Assembly: GCA_000934665.2 (NCBI GenBank)
Contig: JYFJ02000935.1
Coordinates: 1 to 64,000, forward strand
Length of the DNA: 64,000 nt
From: Catajapyx aquilonaris
Lineage: Eukaryota
Direction of reading: 5' to 3'
The position numbers were made by a program, and so were the translations under genes. Each line of letters opens with the position of its first letter. Position 1 is the first letter of the stretch. Positions 40,701 to 52,900 of this stretch are shown piece after piece. Under the pieces are notes generated by a model. That model did no database searches and was not told the DNA's origin. It saw nothing but the letters and a program-made list of their open reading frames with translations.

Positions 40701-43700
40701 TTCTCTCCGAAGCCTCAAAACCGCGACCCATAAAGATGGCCCAACAATGCCTCCCCTCCGCAATTGTCGCCGCTTTTACGGCCTCACGCGCCTGGGAACA
40801 ACACCGAGCCCTCCAACTTTTTTCAAACACATACCGGTATATTCCTAAGGTCGAAGCCACCAATGTGCAAAGTATGGTATCGATCTGTGGCGACTTATTA
40901 ATAAGCCGGTCGCGTTCTGAAAGTTAATTTTCAAGCTACAACACAAAGGAATGGAATAAAGTGGTCTTGGAGGCCCCCCNTCATCTAATCTGTTCCTACG
41001 ACAAGAGAACAGTAATTACAATCCGGGGGTCTTGAAACAACACTACTAACCTGTCTCACTGTTTACACTGTTGATTCCACAATACGATTGATCGGTTCGG
41101 CCACTGTGTTGGTTGACCCAGCACTTTTTTGAGCGATTACTGCCAAATAATTCTAAGACATTCCCCTAGAGGGGATGCCAACCGAAATCCATGCGTTCTG
41201 CTTGATGAATAGGAATCCATTAGTCTTCTAACCATAATCGGTGTAGCTTGGCTGATAGAATCGGGCAATAATCCGTCACGGACATCAATCACAATTCGCA
41301 TTCATTTCAATCGTTTCCCACGAGCCCGCTTTTCCCCCCTTCCACTTCGATCTGTGCGTTTAACAGCAATGCGTTGCTGTTTTTTAAAAACATAATACGG
41401 CGAAGTGTATCACAAAAGCCAAATTTTTATGGCGATGAAATTAGCGTAATCCCCTTTGGCACCGTGGGGACTCAATTCCCAATTATCGTTAGACGCAAAA
41501 CATTGCATTGGCACGAGGGAAGGCGGAATATGATGCCTTTCATCATATCCAGCAAACCCATCAATTTATTAAGTCATTGCGTCGCAATTTCATTCCCCCC
41601 AAAATGTAAGAAGCTATTTGGATAATTGTTTCGCAAAGTGCTTTATAGCTCAGGTGCCTTCCACCACAATATTTCGGCGGAAGTCGGACGTTACGGCGTT
41701 TCAAGCTAATCCGCAGAAAAGGTGTCGGCAGATTGCAGTGGCTATAAATCCTGGTTTTTACCCCCCTCCCCCAAAACGCTATTGGTCCAGGTGATAACAA
41801 TCGTTATACCCAACACCCCCTGCTTCTGCTCATTAAAATTGATTTGCATGTTACGGTGCCGGCAGATGCTCCTTTCCTCTTTAAGAATGTTTTCGCAATA
41901 ATGGAAGAAGCTTGGGTTTTCACAATCCCTTTACAGCTCTGTCAATCCTTTAAAAAAAGGGGGAGGAAAAACGGAGAAGGGAAGGGGAAAAAACGGTGAA
42001 AGATGATACCGCCGACCAGTTTAATAACGGGTGCTCTAAGCGAAAAGGGAGGAAATGGCGCCCGTGTAGAGGATTTTATATAGGTGGAGAACCCCCGATT
42101 TATAGCCAAGCAGGGTGGCGAAATGTTCACCCGTGCTTACATTAATGCGGTTACGATGTTCTGAAAAGTTTTCCTTATGCCACCTGCATGACAAGAATGT
42201 ACGGGTTGGATAGGGGGGAAGCATCGTTACACCACCTGCAATCCCTGACACGTGCCAGCACGTTTCAGCACTAAGTAGGTCGTGTAGGGTATGTCAGGTC
42301 GTTTGATTGAACCTCCAAGCTCGAATATGACCGCCAGAAAATTTGTGCGTTCTAAGCCAAAACTTAGGGCTTTGAAAAATCTCCCATGTTTATTCCAGCC
42401 AGTTAGAATAACCCTCATGTCAATACAGGCGTGCATAAGGGCAGAGGTCAGTGCTTTTTGTAGAGTCCAGTTCAGATATAAAGAAGAAAAAAAAGTAGTG
42501 GGTGGAAGGGGGAGGGAGGCCTACATCCCGCATCTACTGTACAGTGCTTTTTAGGAGCAGCACGCACAAAAAACCTTCTTTTGATGAAATCCTGCTCTGG
42601 ATATTTCATGCATGTTCAAAGCAAACCATTTCGCAAGGATGCGCCTACCCCCACCAAAACATAACGCGGTGAAAAAAATGTACCAAAAGGGGAAACACAT
42701 GGTTTAAAAAATGGGCGCTCGACTTTCCAGGTTTGAATAGGACCACGAGAGTGTAAGACGAGTATTTGTAGAATCGCAAGTTATCCACGTATCATTGCGA
42801 ATTTTAGATCTGCCTAGCAACATACAAAAGCGGCATCCGTTCTCCACGGAAACATCATTTAGTATTCGCCATGCTCGGGCTAAAAATGGTGAGGGAGAAA
42901 GAGGGTGGCTAGAGCCGCACTTTCATTATTCATAATGTGACAGGGATTGTGGCAGTTTTTAAGCCTTTTAGTGAGAGAGGGAGAAAGAATTAAAGTGGGG
43001 GGTATAGAAGTCCTAAGGGATGGATAATGCTCCTTCAGCGACAGAAGAACCTCGGCTGGCAGAAATTCTTCCAAGTGATAATGCTGCACCATCCTCCGGC
43101 TTTCTCCCCTTCCCTAGCAACCCCTCCACCAATCCAGCAGCCCCCGGGTGACGAGGCTCCTGATTTAAATTAGGCACACAAATCACACCAGAGTGTAGGA
43201 AAGAAGCGCCATCGGCACAGCGGAGGGAGATTCGCCTCATGGAATATTTAACTATACCTGCCAAAGTTAATGGCGCAGAAACATGGGATGGCCGAGAAAA
43301 ATGCCATGCAGGGGCCTCCCTACTACCCAACCCTTGATTTATTCTGATGTGTCCATTGGGAGTGATTGAAATTCTAGCGTCAATGGACCTCCCCCAGGAA
43401 AATGAGAATGGCTGGGAATGAGAAAAGGTGAGAAGGATCAATCTCACTCCCTTCTTCTCCTCCCACCTTATTTTTTTTTTTCTTTGCACTATCGTGGGAT
43501 CCGTTGTCTTGGACATTTGATCGCTGCTAGAATTTCCGTTCCCCAAAAGCTCCTGCCAGGTGTCCTATGAGAGATGGGCCCCACGTCACAAGGGGAAAGT
43601 GGAGGGGCGGCGTGGAAGTACGGGCTAGACCTAGCCGATAATCCATTGCACACAACAATGAACCGTGTCATCAATCCAGGAACAGATCAAAAATCGGGTA

Positions 43701-46700
43701 CGCTGCAAAATGAGATCCGTCCCCTACCTTCCCCAAAATGGCGTCCCTACAAGGCTGGTGCTAAGGAGCTGCGGCTACACTAACGCAGTGGCCCCCTTCG
43801 TAGATTTATCGCCAATTTCTGAACCGCCGTGTAAAGTTGTAAAGCTCTTTTGTGCGGACCAAACTCCCCGTGGCTCCACGACATGTTTATATTCCTGGAT
43901 GCTGTGTTAGTGGGGGGACCTGCATTCGATTCCAGATAGCAAGGGGGCTTCCGGGTCTGTTGATGACAGCTTCACGCCAATGGACTCCTATTGGCTGGTA
44001 CGCTGGCAGCCCCCGCCCGCCCCTGCTGCATACACAGCCTCCCCTCCACGTCCGGTTAGAATATGTGGACACTACCACTGCCAATTTACAGCGGTCGAAA
44101 AAGAAATGCGAACGCTGTAAACATGGCGGTGTATCGGTTAGTCAACAAATCAGTTGTATGTATCAAGCGGCAGTCATCTCGCTAAAACGAGCATAGGACT
44201 GCTGTTGGAGTGTTGGTTCTCCCTTTAAGCATGTCCACGGATTTTATTTGCACTGCTGCAAGAAAAGGCTACTTTGTGGTCGGTGCCCAGCACCTGATGC
44301 CAAGACCAGACAACGTATGACGTTGGTAGGGGAAAATTTTGCATTTCGAGGTAATTTCATAAGCCCATTTACGTCGGTCCTAATAATGTCGGATTTCGAG
44401 CGTGATGGCCGAGCCTTTTGCTCTCAAAGCGTAACATACTGCAGGGAGGGTTATAGTGTCATATGCACTTTGCCAAGAATCGCACATCTTTGTATTTCCA
44501 CATAGGAAAAGCTGCTTTACAGAAATACCCTCCGCTTCGGCAAACAAAGCCCTTTCTAGTCATCATTAAATTGCTTATCTCTTCCAGGTTCAACTGAGGT
44601 AATGCGTATTGCAACCAAAGTCCTTGAAATCCGTCTCCATTAAAGCCGGCTGAAAATTGCCAAGGATTTTATGACAAACAAAATTCCAAGCTCCTGTTAT
44701 ATGCAAGAGCTGGTGCCAGAAATGGAAATATCCTGATTAGATAGACACCGCCACCCAAGGCAAATGGAAATAAATGACGAAGTGTGCGCTGGAGTGACAT
44801 GCATCAGTCATCCGTCTTGTCATGCAGAGCACGAGTTTGTTTCTTCTCCTGTAGCTCATGCCACATCAGTGCCTCGGGTTGTTTTTGCTAATTACATTTC
44901 TCCAGACCATCAGAGGAACCCACTTTCACACTTGAGCGTCTTGCTGTTGTATTAGACGGTATTTGGAGGCGAATGTAACCTGGTATCATTCGAACTTACG
45001 GGGGTATGTAAAGTAATTACGCCTCTAGCAACCTCAATAAACGGTGGTTCACAACTGAATAAAAACTCGAGCAATCCTCAATTTAATTATCAACCGCGTT
45101 TGTGCGCAAATCCCCCAGAAGGCTTCTACTTACTCGGCGCTTTACATAAGGCTCTCTTTTTTAGCGTAATAATTTCCGGCAACGGAACATGTGATTTCTT
45201 GCCATACTGGCTCGCCCCCAGCGGAGATTTTAATTGGATGTGTAAATTCCGACCCTGCATAGGAGTCATTTTTACCTCGTTTCCGAGAGTGCCAACTTCC
45301 GCGGAAAGAAATCTCTTTTGAGCCCGCTCGCCCTACAATGAATCGTGGACGTCAGTCCATCAGGATGAAACGAGCGATTCACAGCACTGCCCCGCCAAGC
45401 ATGTAATGGAAACTACATGTCTCTCCCACACAGTCCCCGCCACCTTCAATTCTCACAACTGCCATTAAGGCAACGTGGTCCGTAAGCAGATACACTATTA
45501 GGTATAGAGCAGAAAGCCATGGCTGTGTGCGTTACACCTGCTGGACCCCCTCCCAAATCTGCAGTCCAGATCCGCCCACCTCCTCCTGTTCCCCGGAGGC
45601 AAAGGCCATCCAATCCTACCGGGGGCAGAAAATCCAGCTCGCCAAACCACCCCCCCCCCCCCATACCCTTGCGCCTCCAGTCTTTCTACCTAATCGCCAT
45701 TGGTTTCCGCGGGAAACGCTTCTCTCTCCAAAGTTCCGCACGTTCGACAAACACTAGTTCATTCTATCCACTCGTTTACTCTCTCACTCGACTAATGACA
45801 AAGTCCAGAACCGCCCTTTCCATCTTCTCTGCTGGAAGGGAAAACAGATATTGGGGAGGTGGGGCAGGGAGGGGGTGGGGTGGGGGGTGGGTCCCGCGCG
45901 CGCTTCCAAACTCCATTTAACCATGGAAAACTTGGTCCTGTTTCCAGGAAAGGGGCAAGTATGGAAGCTCCTCCCAAGACTAGTATTTGCTTCCCCTCCA
46001 CCGCAGCCCTCTTGTATATGACCTGAATTGTTAACCATACTTGGGCGGAGGATTGGTAGACTACAAAAGCGATTCGCTGGGTGTATCGGTGGCAGCTGAA
46101 CGTGAGTTTCTTCGGCGGGGAGGACAGAAGGTGGTTGATCCGAAGCACTTGGCTGCACCCCGGGGTCGGATGACACAAGCACGCAATTCTGCCTGCCCTT
46201 CAGAGTGATTGTTGGTTGGCAACCCTGTAGCAGCGCACGCCATTATACCTGGCGTGGTGCAGGCGCGGGCCCCCGTGTTGCCAATTTGTTCCATTTTTAA
46301 TTTCTTCAGGGACGTCCTGCGACAGAAGGGATGGTGAACCATGGGCCAACCTCAGCTGTGCTTTACGAGCGTATCCCTCTCGTAATTAGCGAAACGGACA
46401 CTTTCTATCCCCAATGCGTTGCATTATCTCCGCCGCAGTGCAATTTAACTAGTTTAGCAATTCTCAAACATGTAGGCTACACCACCAAGCATTTGACTAA
46501 GTAGCCGTTCATTAATTTGCATTACCTGCGCCGCGGAGAACCGCATGCGGAAGGGAACACAACATGTACTACATTTGCAATTAGGCCTGATGTATAGTAA
46601 ATGCAAGTTAATTCAATCCCTATCTGCGTGGATCAATTCTTTACGTGGTGAGAGTTGCGTTGATATGAAAGGATAACATATATATAATGTAGATGGCTAC

Positions 46701-48559
46701 CAGCAAGGGAATTTGCTCCACAGCAGCTAATGCGGGCTGACTATAAAAGCAGAGGTAAGCACTTCATATGCACCATGTATAGATATATAGCATACTCTGG
46801 ATACTCAAATTTGTATGAATGGTATAGGTAATTATGCTACTACTAGCTTTAAATTGTTGATGTAGACATGTCTCAAAATATTTTGCAAACTTTTAAAACA
46901 GTGGTGATATAATTTTACACTCAAAAATGTACCGACACGAGCAAAAAGGACGAGTCTACAACATCACTATAAAACAGTAAAAACAAACTTCAGTTACCGT
47001 TCTATGGTGCACAATGTGACTGGGGTAGCTCTAGAGGGGTTGCCAGATGATTTCGGTAATTTTGATTCATTTCCCTTGTAATCGCGATTCTAATATTCCT
47101 CAGTATGTTGAATGTGCCGTAGCAAGTAGGCCACAGCCATTAATTAAAAATCTCAAACACTCTGATAATATTAATAATAAATAACAAACTCAGCTTTGTC
47201 AACATTTGATTACATTCATCAACAGGTTGTAATTTTTGCACAGTGTTCAAAGAAGTCATGCTCTGTCAAGTTTGAACTATTCGGCGGAAGGAAAAGTGCC
47301 GAAATGGAGAAGTGATCCCAGTAGTATATTTAGATGAAGGTATAGGCAATTCTACAAGTGTATGGAAACAGATGCTACCAGCCACCCACTGACCGACCTC
47401 CCAACCTCGAAGGCAGCCGTTGACTATTCCATCGGAGGCGAGAGAGGCGCCTAATCCGAGTCTGGTCACGAATCCCGCGGCTGCATGGAAGTTTTCATTG
47501 CGACAATTACTGGCGGCCGTGTCAGCCAGGCCAGGTCCGCTTTCGCCTTCAGACTCACTCCGGACACTGTCTCGCCACGAACACCATTTTCCTTTGCATT
47601 CAGCCCGTATATTCGTACCTTCATTAATAAGTTACCTACAGTAGTGGGCCTACGTACGCATTATTTTCTGCAGTGGGTCACTTCGTTTCCGTGGTTACAC
47701 CGTTGGCTACGCTGGGTTCAGTCCCTATATATACGATCCTGTACTTTTAAAGTGGTCCTGCCCAAGAGTTGCATCACCTACGATGCATGTCCGGAGGTGA
47801 GAAAACTAGTGAAGTGCGTTTTTAAAACAATCACTTAACAATGTTTGGTACCCTCATTCAACATGCTAACTGTATAGCAGCTGATCTGATATAATGTGTG
47901 AGACCTAACGGATAGGCATTCGGCTCCCGTGATTGTATGTATTGATCCATATCCCTGTCATATATCAGGCTACCAAAAAGCGACTTACGGACTTAAAATG
48001 TTTTTTGTGCACATATCCTATATTGCTACTTGATGTGCACTCCAACGAAGTTGAATAGCAAGGTAGAGAGGCAATGCCGCTGCACTCACAGTAAGTGCAA
48101 GTCCGGGAATTCTCTGGGAGTACTTCAGCAGAATTTATAGCATAGCGAAATTTCTGCATTAATTTGTTCAACAAAATGAAGCAATATTAATCCATAATCG
48201 TATTATGCAGAGCAGTAATGAATGGTAACAGTAGTGTATTATCAATATCATTGGCCGCAACAGTTATTGTATAGGAACGTATACCGTCATAACCCATTAC
48301 ATGCCGCACAACCTAAGTTGATAATGCATCATGTCAAGTGAACGCAACTGGTAGTACAGTTGTGGTCGAAAATTTATATTGCATATCTAGTTATACTATT
48401 ATTACTATTTTAAATATAAAATAATGCATAGTCTACTACATCAAATGCTCTTATTACGCTCACAAATTCATTTTAAACGCTTTATTATGCTGAAATACGT
48501 AGTAATAGAATTAGACTAAAACACACCAGTATGTTCAATTTTATGTCAATATATTGTAT

Positions 48560-48631
48560 ATAAATAGTACTACATGTGGTATGGCATTTAAACGGTACAC
48601 ATTGCCATATACCACATGTAGACCTATTTAT
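48560..48631. other. 72-nt near-perfect hairpin
   Basis: ATAAATAGTACTACATGTGGTATGGCA pairs with TGCCATATACCACATGTAGACCTATTTAT around a ~16-nt loop. Confidence 0.75.
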
Positions 48632-49820
48632 CGTAAATACATGCAATAATTAAACTACTTCGATATACTATATTACATAATTATCATGTTATACCCACCC
48701 TACATACCAGCCAAAAAATCACTAAAAATACCCTACTAAGTGTAACCTCCCAGCAGGCTCCCCAAAAAATCGCGTATTCCACCCCCCTCAAAAAATCAGA
48801 TCCATATGGCCGACCATCGGCCATGCCAGATCAGCGGCCCAAGCAAGCTCCCCATCCCGCATAAATCTCCCCGGTCCTCCATCCCTCCCCAGAGCCACCT
48901 GCTCCCGAATAACTCGCATACCCACATTGTCCACGTCACTTGATTTTCAAGTAGTCCTCGACTCTCCACGCCTCCCCACTTCAGGTGTCGCATCCTCGGA
49001 AAACAAAAACACACGGGGAGGTCCCCCTTACCCCCCCTTCCAAACAGTGGTACCCCTGGACCCCTCCACAGCCCTCAGCGCCCTCTCTATTCAACCCGCT
49101 CAAAATACAGGCTTGCAACTAGTGCCTCGCGCGGCCAATCCTCCCTAATTGGCACGACCTGGCCACTAACTGGCGCGGAGAGGCCGACGGGATCCCGGCT
49201 AACAGCTTATCAACTCCATTTACAAGGCCCTTGATGGAGCTCCACAAATACTAAGGCAAGGCTCATGTCTCCGATATATAAGTAGGGGGTGGTGGGCAGA
49301 GAGAAGGGTGGGGAAGGGGGAGATGATGGGGGTTTCATAGCTGGCAATCTGCCATCAAGCTTGCCAGGGTTAATTTGAAACTCATGCGTCCGGATTAAGT
49401 GCGGCAATATTGTTTGCGTTGGCTTCATTGTTTACCAAAACATGGCGCTTCGTCTCATTAACTCGTCAGAATTAGCGCGGATAAACTGGCAAAGGAATCT
49501 GGTGTAAAACGAGTCAAATGTGCGTGATTTTTTTTTTGCTCATTTACACTGCGTGTGTTCATTTAATTGGCCGACCTGGGGATGAAGTGAGTCAAAGGTC
49601 ACTTGATAAGCTTCAATCTCTGGTAATGGCAGCCAGGGTGGGGCAGGCAACAATTTAGGGAACCTATGAAAGTAACAACAATGCCAAATATCCAGTAATA
49701 AAAATTAGTTGCTTTAGTACGAGAATATTAAATTTTTATACAGTATTACAACAAATTTCCGCCCCCAGTCCCCTGTAATGCTATGCCCCCTACCTAAGAT
49801 CACTGGTACTTAATTACATG

Positions 49821-49982
49821 TACTATGGCTGTATGGGGCTCAAATTGTTTTGGCCACTTTATCCTGGTCTTGAAGAAACCCTTCGCACAGGCCCCACGTT
49901 GAGCAGGTGTGTGTGTGTGTGTGTGTGAAGGGTTGCTTCAAGACCAGGATAAAGTGGCCAAAACAATTTGACCCCCATAGTA
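49821..49982. mobile_element. Small palindromic MITE, ~57-bp arms, (GT)n in the spacer, probable TA flanks
   Basis: TATGGGGCTCAAATTGTTTTGGCCACTTTATCCTGGTCTTGAAGAAACCCTTC (from 49832) is matched by its reverse complement ending at 49979. TACTATGG at 49821 mirrors CCATAGTA ending at 49982. Confidence 0.85.
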
Positions 49983-52900
49983 CCTTACCTAAATCGTATC
50001 GAACAGATATTGCGAATTTAAAGGGAGATGTCTCATTTTGAACTAATCTTTGGCCCGAACTGACCCGAGGGTCGTGGGATTACAATTTAAGAGGTAAAAA
50101 AGTACCGGCGGCGGAGGCGATGATTTCACCGCACAGGAGAGAGTGCAAAAAACTTTCCTAATTAACCACGTCTGAAAAATAGTTCGGCTGCAAATTATCG
50201 CTAATTTAAGCTTAATTTCACGTCTGTCTGAGCGCAGCCCAGATGAAGTTTCATCTGCGCGCCAAGATTACCAATAACCGGTGTCAAAATCATCCGGGTC
50301 ACAGGATAAATGCACGGGTATTGCATTCAAGCCTGATTGGTTTATCCGCGCCCTATCTCATGATATTTTCGACTCACGTTATAATAAGCATGCCAACAGA
50401 GCGCGCGATTCCTACGCCCCACCGACTTTACGGCGAATTTAATTTGTAGTCATTAGAGCGCTTTTTTGAGCTCTGACCTGTTCATATACGTTCGATCGCT
50501 ACTTCTGGGCTCTGTGTTGGGAATATCTTTATCGCCCTTTTATTCGCCACAATAAGAAATCTTGCTTGGAGGAGGAGGGGAAAAAATGAAGTTAAGGACT
50601 TTCGGAATCGAACTCGCCCATTTGCAAATCATATTCCGAGGAACGAGGGAAACAGGTTCGTGATGTTCACTCCAATTCTGGAAGGCGTCTATGGCACAGG
50701 CTCGCCTTCAGCTAACTTTTGATACTTACTCTATTGATTCTACTTGGGAGACTGTAAGGGGAGGGGAAAAAATGAAACTAAAAACGCCATCCTTTTCCAG
50801 TACCCATCTTCCTTTTCCATAGCAAGTCGTCGATATGCCTCAAAAGAACGATTATTCGTCAAGTGTTCTGCACAGTATCCGTTTTCAACGGAACAAAATA
50901 TCGATAAAGCCGCACAATGTCACTATCGACAACACTTACTGGGAACAACAAGAAAGATTGAAGGGTGTTCGCTTCTTTTTTATGATAATAGTTACGTGCA
51001 GTAAGCGGTTGCTAAAAGATTTTTTTTACAATTTCTCACAAAGGTTACATGAGAGCATTTTAATGAGTAATTTGTCGATAGGCTCATTTGCTATAGATAC
51101 CAATGTAGGTCTAGATCAAACAACTGATCTTACCTAAGTTCATGCTAATTACAGGCTAAGGATGATGTGCAATTACTTTTGGCCACTTATTTATCCATAT
51201 AATTTTATCACAAAGAGTAAAACTTCATGTTCTGGAGAACAGACATGAGATGCTCCGGAAGAAGGTTGACAACTTCATCCAAAATCAAATTAGAGAGTCG
51301 GTGATTGAAACACGGGAAGAAACTTCATGAAGTCCGCCTTAGGCCGGCATTCCTTACGGGCCAGAAAGAGAAAGAAAACACCAGAGCGGCGAGAAATCCA
51401 ATCGGAACCTGTGGCCCAAGGCACACCAATCTGGCACAGTTATCTTTTAAAAAAATCTCATGAAACAACAAGTGTCTGCAAATCTGTCATACATCTATAC
51501 ATATTCTGCGAGGGCCACATCTCAAATAAATTGTTAAGGCTTTTCCAGATATCATTTCGTATAGAATATTGCAAACCCGTAGGCGAGATCTTTCCAATAT
51601 TGGTGTGCAAACATTCTCGTAATTGTTTTGTTACCTTGAGGCGCATCTCTGTTTTCAGATCTGATTTCCTTCAGATATGGGCTTCAGACAGAACAGCGAA
51701 AGTCAGCCAATGGTTAGAGTTTTGAGGTAATTCCCTTTATACACATTCAAAATTTACTGAGATAACATCAGGTACTAGAAAAGTAAAAGTTTATAACCAT
51801 AATTTTTACAAATATGAGATAGCCGAGAGTTAAATTGCACGCAGCCTGAAGTTAAAAGAACAAGTGTATCAAGAATTAATTACACAATGTGCCTTAAGGT
51901 ATAGCGAAGCAATTAAGAAGTTGTTTATTCCATAGAGAAACCGCAAAATGAAGTTTGCAATATCCTGAGACCAACGAAGCAAGACCACCGCTATTTTCAG
52001 TGATTACCTGACACTAACGTAGGTACTTTGACGATGACATAGTCATTTCTAACACTAACAAGGCACCCATTCTTTACATGAAAATTGACGAATGAGAATT
52101 ATGTTCGTACAAAATTGGTATGCAGTGAGTGACATATTGAATATTGTTCCAATACATTGTTTCCATTTTTGAAATATGTACAAATGTCAACAATCTAATA
52201 TTGTCGGGAAGGAGACAAATATATATACGCAAACCACAGGTTGAAGACCACTGCAGTACTGCATACATACACTGTAGATGGTAGAAATATACTCATGCGG
52301 GAAGCATATTACTCGTACTGAATATGGCATCATGTAAGCTGCTCGGCAGTGAAAATTCTTTCATAGCCTGACCACCTGATGCGAATACAATAACAACAAC
52401 ACACCTACTTCGAATAAAGTGTTGCGAACATTCCGGAGGCTTGTAATGCGCTGGTGTCGTTTTGCACAATAGTCAGAGAGCTACTACTGAGAGTCGTAGG
52501 TTCTTAGAAGAGGTCCCCAGCGTCGAATTGCGGAAACGCGAGGAATTCATATTCCCAAATTTTCCGGAAGAGGGCTAAAACCTCTCGTTATCTATCAGTT
52601 TTTACAGGTCTGAAAAACTTTAGGATATGGGTCCACAGTGGCATATCCGAGTTGAAAACTACCCTCGGATGCCCTTCCGGGGTATGTAATTGATGACCAC
52701 GCTAAAGAAGAATTAGTTTCTATGAGCAGTCACCTTTTCACATTTTATTCACATGCCTTCAGAATCAGTTCCCGAAGAAGTCACCCACAACGAATACTTA
52801 TTATTCTCTGGCATGTCGATGTTTACAGCGGAGTTCCGATCCTATATCTTGAGTCGATCCAAGCACTACAAAGTATCAGGTACTGTACAATGTGCATGAA

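Noticed and set aside
51757..51780. TGAGATAACATCAGGTACTAG, similar to insect miR-12
   Set aside because: The seed region differs and no precursor hairpin is evident.
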